64,000 nucleotides of DNA from a virus: IMG/VR virus record IMGVR_UViG_3300042562_002450, positions 134,627 to 198,626 of that record; one strand, given 5' to 3'. The position numbers and the translations under genes are program-made. The notes beneath the pieces were generated by a model. The model saw only the letters and a list, made by a program, of their open reading frames with translations. It was not told the DNA's origin and ran no database searches. Below are positions 45,417-53,926 of the stretch, in pieces (within the stretch, counting starts at the first letter, position 1; the number at the start of each line of letters is the position of its first letter).

Positions 45417-47237
45417 ATGGAAAATTCATCTATCACTAACAATGGAGTTTTTGTGGCTAAATGTAACGAGTGTTTCGTGTCTATCACTACTGGTGAATTC
45501 TGTCACTTGTGTTCACCTTACATGTTAACAAATAAAGGAGCCTCTGTGTCTAAAAACCTTTCTGACAAAGAATTCTTATTCACTGTTGTACTTGAAGCTG
45601 CTACTGAGATTATGAAGTCTAAACGTAAACCCGCTTCTACTAAGCGCTCTAAGTCTTTATTCATCCCTGACCTTAAGCAGTGTTCTTCTCGTATAGGTTA
45701 TGGAATGTCTAATTCTGGTATGGTTGAAGATTGCAATCTATTCGATACTGAAAGTCATGGAGACATTGATAGTAATGGAAGTGAATATGAAGAAGTTGAA
45801 TCTTTATCTTTTGAAGATAGAACTGGTACTAGTATTCACGAATCATCTTACTTAGAGTCTCAGTCTAAAGAGTATTCTTTTGAAAGTAGCCTAGCTCACT
45901 CTAAAGCTGTTCTTCAATCAAGAGATGTCGACACTAAGGATCTATCTGATGAAGTAATTGAAGTTCTAGGTAAGCAAGTAGCTGATGTGAATGAAGCTCC
46001 TAACGCTCGCCTATCTGGTGAATCTAAGTATATTACAACTGTTACTGTTCAGCGCAAGTCTAAGCAGTCAGGCTTTTGGTACAATGTTAAGGATATTGCT
46101 CCATTCATTATTAACAATGAAGCTATCTTTTCTATTGATGACTCTGGTGAAATTGAAGGTCAAAAGTTTGTATCTGATTATTCTTACGACAAGGTAAGTA
46201 AGAAGATGGTTAAGTCTCAGAATTCTGCATTATTGGTTGCAATGAGAACAGTAGGTCTTGATACATTTCACATTGTTAGCTATGTTGACAATCATACAAA
46301 TGATTTCAATACAGAGATCGTTGAACAAAGGTTTGTAGTTAAGTCTAAAGGTTTAAAGTCAGGGAATAAGTTTGAAAATATGAGACTACCTGTTGGTCTT
46401 GCTCCATTCAACTACACTGTTAACAAGAAAGGAAAAGTCGTAGAACAAACTACTTTCTTTGAGAATGACACTCTTGATCTTGAGAATGGTATTGTTATAT
46501 CTGCAATAATGGATGAGGAGTTCGCTGCAGATGTGGATAATAGATTGCATCAACAAGGCATTCTTACTGGTCGTTCTAATGTTACCATAGCAATGATGTA
46601 TGATGACATGTTCAAGGCTGAGTTAGAGCAACGTAAAATGGAAGATCTGACCCTTAGCTATGTAGCAGCTAAAGCTAAGAAAGATGTATTCATTAAACCT
46701 GCTCTTACTGCAGAGTATAAGAGAAAAGCAGTTAAGAAGAATCAAGATCTTCTTTCTTCTACTGAAGGTCAGCTTATATCTAAGTTCATTGAGAATTCAT
46801 ACATCCCTGACATGGAAGTCAAAGCTGATATCCTTGAGTTTCTTAATCAGAACAAAGCAGATCTTTTACTAATCAAGAAGATTGCTATTGCTCATCGTGC
46901 AATTCGTGGTAGAGGTTTCGAAGCTTCTGTTTATAGAGTATTAGAGAAGATGATAGCAGCAAGTAATAGAAAGACAGTGGCTAATCAAGTTGACACTCAT
47001 GTACTTCTTAATATCAGATCATTAAACAACAAGTCTCTTCTTGTCTCTTCACTTGATGATTCTGAAGTTATTGAGATCTACGATGTTGCGGTTAAGTTCA
47101 GAGCTATTGATGATTCTTGTAACATTGAGCATACTGTTGCTATTCAGATGAAAGATCGCTACATGAAGATTAAAGGTATTAAATCTCCTGTAGTCAAGCC
47201 ATCTAATTCCGTCGTTCGTAATGTTAAAGTTTCTTAG
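45417..47237 (+). CDS. Large early hypothetical protein with N-terminal CxxC...CxxC zinc ribbon
   Basis: AAGGAGTATCT-ATG at 45417; KCNEC...FCHLC; acidic Ser-rich linker. Confidence 0.8.
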   Translation: MENSSITNNGVFVAKCNECFVSITTGEFCHLCSPYMLTNKGASVSKNLSDKEFLFTVVLEAATEIMKSKRKPASTKRSKSLFIPDLKQCSSRIGYGMSNSGMVEDCNLFDTESHGDIDSNGSEYEEVESLSFEDRTGTSIHESSYLESQSKEYSFESSLAHSKAVLQSRDVDTKDLSDEVIEVLGKQVADVNEAPNARLSGESKYITTVTVQRKSKQSGFWYNVKDIAPFIINNEAIFSIDDSGEIEGQKFVSDYSYDKVSKKMVKSQNSALLVAMRTVGLDTFHIVSYVDNHTNDFNTEIVEQRFVVKSKGLKSGNKFENMRLPVGLAPFNYTVNKKGKVVEQTTFFENDTLDLENGIVISAIMDEEFAADVDNRLHQQGILTGRSNVTIAMMYDDMFKAELEQRKMEDLTLSYVAAKAKKDVFIKPALTAEYKRKAVKKNQDLLSSTEGQLISKFIENSYIPDMEVKADILEFLNQNKADLLLIKKIAIAHRAIRGRGFEASVYRVLEKMIAASNRKTVANQVDTHVLLNIRSLNNKSLLVSSLDDSEVIEIYDVAVKFRAIDDSCNIEHTVAIQMKDRYMKIKGIKSPVVKPSNSVVRNVKVS

Positions 47238-47246
47238 TTAATCAGA

Positions 47247-47585
47247 TTAGAGCTCAGCAATAATGCTGGGCTCCATAAACAAAAGGTATTGTCACTCATG
47301 AAAAATTTAATCCGTATTACTTGTTTAGAAATTTACTTCCTTCTCTTAAACGAAAAGCACATGTGGCTTGAAAAAAGAGGAACATACATCGATGATCAAT
47401 ATATGGTTGGTGATGCCATTGCTGATCAGCTATATGGTACTGGACATTATTGGTGGGCTAAGGCTCTTCTTGAATGGCAATACAGCAGAGCAACTGGGAA
47501 AGTAATAACTAAATAATTATAAAAACTTAGAGCTCAGCAATAATGCTGGGCTCCATAAACAAAAGGTATTGTCACTCATGAAAAA
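47247..47585 (+). repeat. 59-bp exact direct repeat (47247-47305 and 47527-47585)
   Basis: TTAGAGCTCAGCAATAATGCTGGGCTCCATAAACAAAAGGTATTGTCACTCATGAAAAA occurs twice, 280 bp apart. Confidence 0.95.
47298..47516 (+). CDS. Early hypothetical protein
   Basis: ATG lies inside repeat copy 1. Confidence 0.65.
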   Translation: MKNLIRITCLEIYFLLLNEKHMWLEKRGTYIDDQYMVGDAIADQLYGTGHYWWAKALLEWQYSRATGKVITK

Positions 47586-47856
47586 CATTACTATATGGAA
47601 TTCAAATAAAGTTGAAGTAACAGAAGAGGTGTTTGCTCGCCTTAACTGTGATTTTGTTAATCATAAAGTTCTTACTTATGCTGGCTATGCATATGTGTGT
47701 TTCATTAAAGATAAGCAGACACATGAGAATGCCTCGAAGGTGGATGTTGGATATTATGTTTCAGGTACTTATAAATGCATGTATGGTCCATTTGAGAAAG
47801 CAGAAGAGGCATGGCAAATGGTTGAAGAATTAAAGGAATACGATAGAGAGATGTAA
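47578..47856 (+). CDS. Early hypothetical protein
   Basis: ATG lies inside repeat copy 2. Confidence 0.65.
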   Translation: MKNITIWNSNKVEVTEEVFARLNCDFVNHKVLTYAGYAYVCFIKDKQTHENASKVDVGYYVSGTYKCMYGPFEKAEEAWQMVEELKEYDREM

Positions 47857-47906
47857 GCAGAGTATGAAAGAGCTAAACAATAGAACTAACCAACTAAGGA
47901 GTAACT

Positions 47907-48215
47907 ATGAATATGTCAGAAAAAGATTTATGCATTATTTTACCACTACTATGCAATGAGATTGCTAACAACTTAAATGGCTTATTCTACAATGACGACT
48001 TTGATGATATGCAAAAGAGAGAGGATTTCGAAAACAAGCTAAGTGTAGCATTTAAGATAATGGATAATTCCAACCCTACTGAAGAGTTTAAATCTTGGCT
48101 TAATGGTGTATCTGAAAGGTATCAGACAGAAAAGAACGAACACGATAGAGAGGTTCGATATTTTGAAAGAATAGCAAAATTAGAAAAAGAACTTAATAAA
48201 AAAACAAATGACTAA
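47907..48215 (+). CDS. Early hypothetical protein
   Basis: AAGGAG RBS. Confidence 0.75.
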   Translation: MNMSEKDLCIILPLLCNEIANNLNGLFYNDDFDDMQKREDFENKLSVAFKIMDNSNPTEEFKSWLNGVSERYQTEKNEHDREVRYFERIAKLEKELNKKTND

Positions 48216-48259
48216 GAGCTCAGCAATATCGTTGGGCTCTAATTACAAAAGGAGTATCT

Positions 48260-48505
48260 ATGAATTTATCTATCGCTGACGCTATGGTATTTAGAGATCT
48301 ATTAGAGAATAAGATTGAGCAACTGGATGAGATACTATCTACCATTAAGGAGAGGAGTGAGTTAATTGGAGAACCTCTGGATGAGAATGATGAGTATCAG
48401 CATGACTGTCACCGTCTTAGTTATTACAAAAAAATGCTAAGTCGGATTCAGTCTTATATATTAGTGGAGATGTCACCATCTGAAGATCCAACAACAAAGG
48501 AGTAA
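48260..48505 (+). CDS. Early hypothetical protein
   Basis: AAGGAG RBS. Confidence 0.75.
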   Translation: MNLSIADAMVFRDLLENKIEQLDEILSTIKERSELIGEPLDENDEYQHDCHRLSYYKKMLSRIQSYILVEMSPSEDPTTKE

Positions 48506-48507
48506 TT

Positions 48508-48738
48508 ATGAAAGACAAAAGAATTAAAAGACAGAAAAGAAGATTAGCGAGAGAACACCTACAGCCAATCGTATTAACGAATTATCAAAAGAAGGTAGCA
48601 TCTATTAAGGTCTTAATGGATAGAGTGGATAGATTCGTAAAAGATTCTGGTGTATCGCAAAAGCTTGAAGCTGCTGGTATAGAGCGATCTGATTTATTAA
48701 AAGCTTTTTTCAAGAGAAACAACAAGAAGAAGGAGTAA
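48508..48738 (+). CDS. Early basic hypothetical protein
   Basis: AAGGAG RBS. Confidence 0.7.
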   Translation: MKDKRIKRQKRRLAREHLQPIVLTNYQKKVASIKVLMDRVDRFVKDSGVSQKLEAAGIERSDLLKAFFKRNNKKKE

Positions 48739-48749
48739 TTATGAGAGAT

Positions 48750-49070
48750 ATACTCCGTGACCTCCGTTTCGTCGTGCCTCCTCAACTGCGGCATTCACCT
48801 TGCTTCCGCAAGTCTCATGTGTCACTCCGTTTGTTTACACAAACTTCGTGCCATCCCTCGTTACGATTCGCATTCGCTCATCTCCCTCTTTGCTTCGCAT
48901 TGGGGGAAGCTGCAGCATTCGCTTTGCTTACGCAAACCTCATGCCTCCGCTGGGATCTAATACGGGTAACTCACTGCACTCACTAATGTTCGTTCCATTC
49001 GTCCTTGGGATTGGATCCTTGGGACTAGGGAAGCTCACTTCGTTCGCACATAGCTCGGCATAGCCTCGCA
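48750..49070. repeat. GC-richer island of short mini-hairpin motifs
   Basis: Minus strand carries GCGAAGC, GCGTAAGC, GCGGAAGC, GCGAATG x3 and ACGGAG x3. Confidence 0.6.
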
Positions 49071-49119
49071 TATCAATGGTATCTTTTTTGGATACTAAAA
49101 CAGAAACAAGGGGATTAAG

Positions 49120-49668
49120 ATGAAAACAAAGATTAAGATTAAAGACTTGAATCTTGAGTTAATGAGTTTGTATTTCAATGATACATGGGGAACTAAGGAT
49201 ACGTTCATTGCTGCAGTGAATGTAAATTACAATAAGGAGACAGGAGAGGAGATCGGGGTAGAGGAAGTGTTGACTCCGAGATTTGATACTGTATCGGTAC
49301 TTAGTCAATGGGTAGAAGATAACGTTGCTGATCTTGGCGATCAGTTATGTAATGCTGCTTTGTTCATAGAAGATGAGCAAACGTATGAAGTCTTTACCAG
49401 TAGTGAAGTTACTTATGCGTTTTCTGATTTCATTACAGTAGAGCAAAAGAAATTAAACTATGAGTTCTATTGCAAGAAGCTAGCTACAGCTAACAACTGG
49501 GCTAAGCTTAAGATTGTGAGAGAATCTGTCCTTGCTGGCCAGAAAGGAAAAAACGGGATGTTCTTCTTTAATCCAGGAGAGTCAAAAGAGTTCTGGAGAA
49601 AATACAATGAGAAGAAAAACATTTTAAATCAGGCAATCAAAACAAAGAATGGGAAACGTTCGGCATAG
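49120..49668 (+). CDS. Hypothetical protein
   Basis: 182-aa ORF with RBS. Confidence 0.75.
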   Translation: MKTKIKIKDLNLELMSLYFNDTWGTKDTFIAAVNVNYNKETGEEIGVEEVLTPRFDTVSVLSQWVEDNVADLGDQLCNAALFIEDEQTYEVFTSSEVTYAFSDFITVEQKKLNYEFYCKKLATANNWAKLKIVRESVLAGQKGKNGMFFFNPGESKEFWRKYNEKKNILNQAIKTKNGKRSA

Positions 49669-49719
49669 CCTCACATAGATAAATTTGTAACTTATGTAAC
49701 TTAAACAAATGGAGATCAT

Positions 49720-49929
49720 ATGAAAGACTTAGTAACACTATTCGCAACTAACCATATCGGTAATGTTGAAAGAGAAAGAGAAAGAGAATACAGAGTATCG
49801 TCTAGATTACAAATGGATGATCATTACGCTCCCAAGTCTGGTAGCTTCGTTAATGAGAAAGTTAAACCATTAACTGACTGTGAAGTAATCGAATTAAACA
49901 TTCAGCGCGCTTTTAACAAAGCTGCTTAA
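49720..49929 (+). CDS. Hypothetical protein (ends KAA)
   Basis: GGAG RBS. Confidence 0.7.
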   Translation: MKDLVTLFATNHIGNVEREREREYRVSSRLQMDDHYAPKSGSFVNEKVKPLTDCEVIELNIQRAFNKAA

Positions 49930-49959
49930 AACATAAAAAATAAAACTAAGGATAACACA

Positions 49960-50271
49960 ATGAGTAAATTATTCAATAGAGCTAAGGTAATGAAAGGATT
50001 TGATTACAGTAATAAATTCTGCACGTTGCTTATCGCACGTAGCCAAGTGATTCAAAAGGTTGCTGAGATAGGATTAAAGGTAGGAAATAATAATCAGTTG
50101 AAAGAAAGCTTTTGTGACTCATTAGAAGCAATTTGTTTGGTAATTGAAGATAGAGCTATTGGTTTATACAATATGTATTCTGACGAATACCAAGGTGATG
50201 TAGAGGATTTAATGAATAAGTATAATGCTTTTGAAACTTTAAAATCTGAAATAATTAAAAAAGAATACTAG
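49960..50271 (+). CDS. Hypothetical protein
   Basis: AAGGA RBS. Confidence 0.7.
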   Translation: MSKLFNRAKVMKGFDYSNKFCTLLIARSQVIQKVAEIGLKVGNNNQLKESFCDSLEAICLVIEDRAIGLYNMYSDEYQGDVEDLMNKYNAFETLKSEIIKKEY

Positions 50272-50312
50272 GAGTAGTGACCCTAGTTAGTCGTAGATAC
50301 TTCCTTTGTTTG

Positions 50313-50350
50313 ACCAGTAGATAGTGAGCAATGGGCTACTACTGGTTTTT
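50313..50350 (+). terminator. Probable Rho-independent terminator
   Basis: ACCAGTAG...CTACTGGT stem followed by TTTT. Confidence 0.55.
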
Positions 50351-50371
50351 ACTTAAAACCTTGGAGATAAA

Positions 50372-50653
50372 ATGAATGTAATATTCTTTATTATAATGAT
50401 CCCTTTGTTAGCACTCCGCCTCGCCTTCGCTATCATATTAGCAACAATGAAAACAATAGAAGTAATTGTTCAAATGTCTTGTTTCACGGTTAGTATCCTA
50501 ATCGCACCTTTTGTTTGGTTATTTGAACAAAAGATAGATCGGAAGCTAATCCCAGTACTACAATCTGAAGAAGCTCGCCAAGGCTCGCACCCTCGGCAAA
50601 GCCTCGGTAACCATTCGGCAAAGCCTCATGATACCCATTTTCGAGTCTCATAA
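50372..50653 (+). CDS. Membrane protein (hydrophobic N-half); C-terminus encoded by hairpin repeats
   Basis: GGAG RBS; two hydrophobic stretches. Confidence 0.55.
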   Translation: MNVIFFIIMIPLLALRLAFAIILATMKTIEVIVQMSCFTVSILIAPFVWLFEQKIDRKLIPVLQSEEARQGSHPRQSLGNHSAKPHDTHFRVS

Positions 50654-50687
50654 CTCACAATACACAAAAACAATCCGGGAGGATTAT

Positions 50688-51287
50688 ATGTCATCATCAA
50701 ATGCTCGTGATCTTGAACTTAAAAACCTAGCTGACCAAGCTAAAACTGATTTTGTTATTGTTCAACAACATCCTGAGAAACTAGAAGAGATCCTTGATAG
50801 AACTGTTAAAGCTAAAGAAAACTTTGCAAGTGACTACAAAGAAGCAAAAGAAAAAGGATTATCTCAAACTCGCAAAGATTCCAATAAGACAATTGACGAT
50901 CTGCTTCGAGAACTACAAACGCTTCGTGGACCTGAATTCCCAGCTGGAAGTCCACTAAGTCTTGAAGCTGCTAGCCGAGTTAGTGAAGTAAAGTCCATCA
51001 TCAATAAGATGACAATGGATCCTCAAAGTGAAGAAGAAGCTCGTAAAGCATGGACTGGCCTATACAAATACGGACGAGGCATTGCTACAAATCATGCGGT
51101 GTATCTACAGTGTAAACAAATGTATTATGATAAATTGGCTTCTAATTACCTGAGATATGCTCAAGGTTCATCTGATAGGTCTGAAGGAAGAGATAGAGCT
51201 ATCCTGAACAAAGTTACTAATGGAGCTGTTAACTACAAACCAGAATTTGTTCAAGCTATCTGTAACCTGCTAGAGCCAAAAGCCTAG
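50688..51287 (+). CDS. Hypothetical helical protein
   Basis: GGAGG RBS before ATG 50688. Confidence 0.75.
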   Translation: MSSSNARDLELKNLADQAKTDFVIVQQHPEKLEEILDRTVKAKENFASDYKEAKEKGLSQTRKDSNKTIDDLLRELQTLRGPEFPAGSPLSLEAASRVSEVKSIINKMTMDPQSEEEARKAWTGLYKYGRGIATNHAVYLQCKQMYYDKLASNYLRYAQGSSDRSEGRDRAILNKVTNGAVNYKPEFVQAICNLLEPKA

Positions 51288-51348
51288 TTGAATATTCAAA
51301 GAGCCTGACTTAAACAGTTGGGCTCTTATTCAAAACAAGGAGCAACTT

Positions 51349-52128
51349 ATGTCACGACAACTAGGTATTATTGCACACCATACTGCAGAAGAAAACAAAG
51401 GTCCTACCTTCGCAGGATATGACCTAAGAGTAAAACAAAAACCAAGTAACTATCATCATGTAAATATCAATGACTTTGAATTAATATATAACGGCTTCGG
51501 TTGTGAAAGAGATAACCCAGTTCCAGCCAATAAACTATTCGAAAATCTAAATCGAAGTATCTGTAAAGTCCATGTCGACCAGCTTAAGACTGAAGAAGCT
51601 TTAAATAAAGCAAGTCAAGAAGCTGAAGAGACTAAGAAAGAAGTTAATGGGAAAATCCTTAAGAATGTTTATCAAAAAGGCGATGGGTATCGTTTTGACC
51701 TACAGTGTAATGAAACTGAAGAAATCAAAAAAGCTGTTCAGTCTATGGTTAATGCATGGTCGGGCGCAATGTCTAAACGTATTGAGATGGAATTCGCTGT
51801 CATCTGCCAACTACGTAAAGGTACTCTTGATATCGCTGAAGAGAATGGTCAGGAATTCCTAGTTGAATTCCACGAAGACGGTCCAGTAAAGATAAATGAA
51901 AACAGATGTATACCAATAGAAAAGATTAAAGAATCTATATACTTCATGATCCAGCCTTTTAGATACTCAGAAGAATTATTCTTGAAGTATATAAACTGTG
52001 AACATACTACGGATGGGTTCACTGCGTTATATGAAAAAGGTAAATTGTATTTCGAAAAAAGAAATGGTACGCCGTTCACAGAAATTGAAATAGCTATCGC
52101 TAAGGATCTAATCAAAATGAAAATGTGA
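51349..52128 (+). CDS. Hypothetical protein
   Basis: AAGGAG RBS; 259 aa. Confidence 0.8.
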   Translation: MSRQLGIIAHHTAEENKGPTFAGYDLRVKQKPSNYHHVNINDFELIYNGFGCERDNPVPANKLFENLNRSICKVHVDQLKTEEALNKASQEAEETKKEVNGKILKNVYQKGDGYRFDLQCNETEEIKKAVQSMVNAWSGAMSKRIEMEFAVICQLRKGTLDIAEENGQEFLVEFHEDGPVKINENRCIPIEKIKESIYFMIQPFRYSEELFLKYINCEHTTDGFTALYEKGKLYFEKRNGTPFTEIEIAIAKDLIKMKM

Positions 52129-52135
52129 GGTCCAG

Positions 52136-52774
52136 ATGAGTAAGAGAAATCGTAATAGTAATCAAACCCAGTTGCCTAATGAGCAACAACAACTAGGAGT
52201 CTTTCCCATGCAACAATCCACACCAGCTATTGACACAAAAGCACAAGCAGCTCAAGCAGCAGCAAGTGAACCTAAGTCTACTTCAACAGCTCGAGTAGGC
52301 GGTGAATCTAACACTCCTTCAGATAAAAAGAAGGATGATAAAAAAGAGAGCCAATTCATTGACGTCATTACTTACATCCCACGTAAAGTATGGAATGATG
52401 GAATCATCCCAGTATGGAATCTAGGTAAAGGTATGACACTTAAAGCTTGGGATAGAACAAAAGCTACATTCGAAAATGAAAAAGCTTATGCTAGTTCTCA
52501 AGGTCCTTCAAAGTATCTGTTAGACAGAATTGCGACACTTGGACTTAAAGTGTTAAAACTCGCCGCGGTATTTACCTTGGCTACATTCTTAGCTAAGCTT
52601 GCAATGAGTTCATTCGGTATCGCTTTATTCTCACCAGCTGTCATGATCACTGTAGCAATCGTTGCCCTACTTTGTATGGTAATCCGTTCATACATGATCC
52701 AGAAAGAAACTTCTACAGAAGTATCTGCTAAGACACTTGGTAATCACATCGTTGAACAGATGTGCGCTGCATAA
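52136..52774 (+). CDS. Membrane protein with disordered N-terminus (ends CAA)
   Basis: Two C-terminal hydrophobic helices. Confidence 0.75.
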   Translation: MSKRNRNSNQTQLPNEQQQLGVFPMQQSTPAIDTKAQAAQAAASEPKSTSTARVGGESNTPSDKKKDDKKESQFIDVITYIPRKVWNDGIIPVWNLGKGMTLKAWDRTKATFENEKAYASSQGPSKYLLDRIATLGLKVLKLAAVFTLATFLAKLAMSSFGIALFSPAVMITVAIVALLCMVIRSYMIQKETSTEVSAKTLGNHIVEQMCAA

Positions 52775-52783
52775 TGATAATAC

Positions 52784-52814
52784 AAGCCCAGGGTAGAAAT
52801 ACCTTGGGCTTTTC
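52784..52814 (+). terminator. Rho-independent terminator
   Basis: AAGCCCAGGGTA-GAAA-TACCTTGGGCTT followed by a T-rich tract. Confidence 0.75.
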
Positions 52815-52863
52815 TTATTACTAAAAAACCGCAGATACATCTCTAATGGTTAAGGATAATCAT

Positions 52864-53094
52864 ATGGACTTCGATATACTAGCTACAAAATTCTGGAGAA
52901 TAGAACCTCTTAGTCTAAAAGAACTAGAGTTCCTATACAAAGAATTTAAAGAAGGAATGAAAGCAGAAGTAATACAAGATGGTGACCTGGAAGATATAAT
53001 AGCACATGCACAAGATGCACTAAGACTAGAACTAGCTATAGCCAAAAGAAAAAGACAAACCCCCGTAAAAATCAATACCCATAATCCTAAGTAG
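52864..53094 (+). CDS. Hypothetical protein
   Basis: AAGGA RBS before ATG 52864. Confidence 0.65.
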   Translation: MDFDILATKFWRIEPLSLKELEFLYKEFKEGMKAEVIQDGDLEDIIAHAQDALRLELAIAKRKRQTPVKINTHNPK

Positions 53095-53104
53095 TTAATA
53101 CTAT

Positions 53105-53480
53105 AAGGGAGCGAAGCGACCGTAATACCCAACCCGAGCGAAGCGAGGGTGGTAATCAACCCGAGCGAAGCGAGGGGTACTTAACAAAGGAATAAATAAT
53201 TTTTATTCAGACCGTTAGAGTGATCCGATAAGTTGTTGAAAAAACAAACTTTTGGATTTGGGTACCAGGTACAAATGGGTACAAATAGGTACGAATGGGT
53301 ACGAATGGGTATCAATGGGTATAACTGTTTATAGTAATGGGTATAAATGGTTACATTAAGGTTATTAATGGGGTTTATTGTGATTATATGATTACATTAC
53401 TTGTATATAGCCTTTGGCTATTATATTAGTTATATACCATTAAGAGTAAGTTGATAGGGTATTGTAAAGTTAGTGTTTAT
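53105..53480. other. Candidate replication origin
   Basis: GAGCGAAGCGA x3 (53105-53175), about 8 tandem 10-bp units (consensus GGGTAYRAAT, 53260-53360) and an AT-rich flank. Confidence 0.5.
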
Positions 53481-53508
53481 TTAATCTGCGGTTTTTTAAA
53501 GAGGTATT

Positions 53509-53739
53509 ATGAATAATAGAACTCTTGTACTTAAGATTCAATGTATACATTGTAATAAACTTCATGAAGTTGCTGTTGATCCTAATGATCAAACAGCACA
53601 TAAGCTTGGAGTTGGTCCTAAAAGGTTTGCTCAAAATGCTTATCCTTATTTAAGTGCTAATGATCGTGAATTGATTATTAGTCGACAATGTGGTTCTTGT
53701 TATGATGCCATGTTTCCTGATGAAGAAGATGATTCATAG
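53509..53739 (+). CDS. Small zinc-finger protein
   Basis: CIHC...CGSC; GAGG RBS. Confidence 0.7.
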   Translation: MNNRTLVLKIQCIHCNKLHEVAVDPNDQTAHKLGVGPKRFAQNAYPYLSANDRELIISRQCGSCYDAMFPDEEDDS

Positions 53740-53926
53740 TATGAAAGTATAGTATATATGGCCTTATGGGCCATGAATATGTGTAGTTATCTAGTTGAAA
53801 ATTGATATATTAAATGGTTATTGTTTAATTCTAAGTTATTAGAATTACATTCTTATTAATTTTATATTTATATAATTCATATATTTTTCGGTTTGTTAAT
53901 TTACTGTAGTGAAAACGGAGGTTTAA

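Larger units (their letters stand above)
44707..51327 (+). repeat. Dispersed intergenic stem-loops, subfamily B (44707-44734, 44974-44999, 47250-47273, 47530-47553, 48215-48240, related 51299-51327)
   Basis: GAGC...GCTC-type stems with G-T wobbles; loops AATATC, AATATA, AATAAT, AATAAT, AATATC; each just upstream of an RBS. Confidence 0.85.
52822..53498. repeat. 15-bp perfect inverted repeat pair (52822-52836 and 53484-53498)
   Basis: TAAAAAACCGCAGAT versus ATCTGCGGTTTTTTA. Confidence 0.9.

Noticed and set aside
41142-48240. Repeated hairpins or hammerheads read as a CRISPR array
   Set aside because: The spacers are 100-1900 bp protein-coding ORFs with RBSs, the repeats are not identical, and no cas genes are present.
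48880-48990. HDV-like (theta) ribozyme in the GC-rich island
   Set aside because: Could not build the nested double pseudoknot or place a catalytic C by eye.
48741-49063. ORFs 48741..48986, 48757..48960 and 48800..49063 as proteins
   Set aside because: Their sequence is dictated by hairpin motifs and all three frames look alike. 48741 has an RBS, so translation is not excluded, but no product can be supported.
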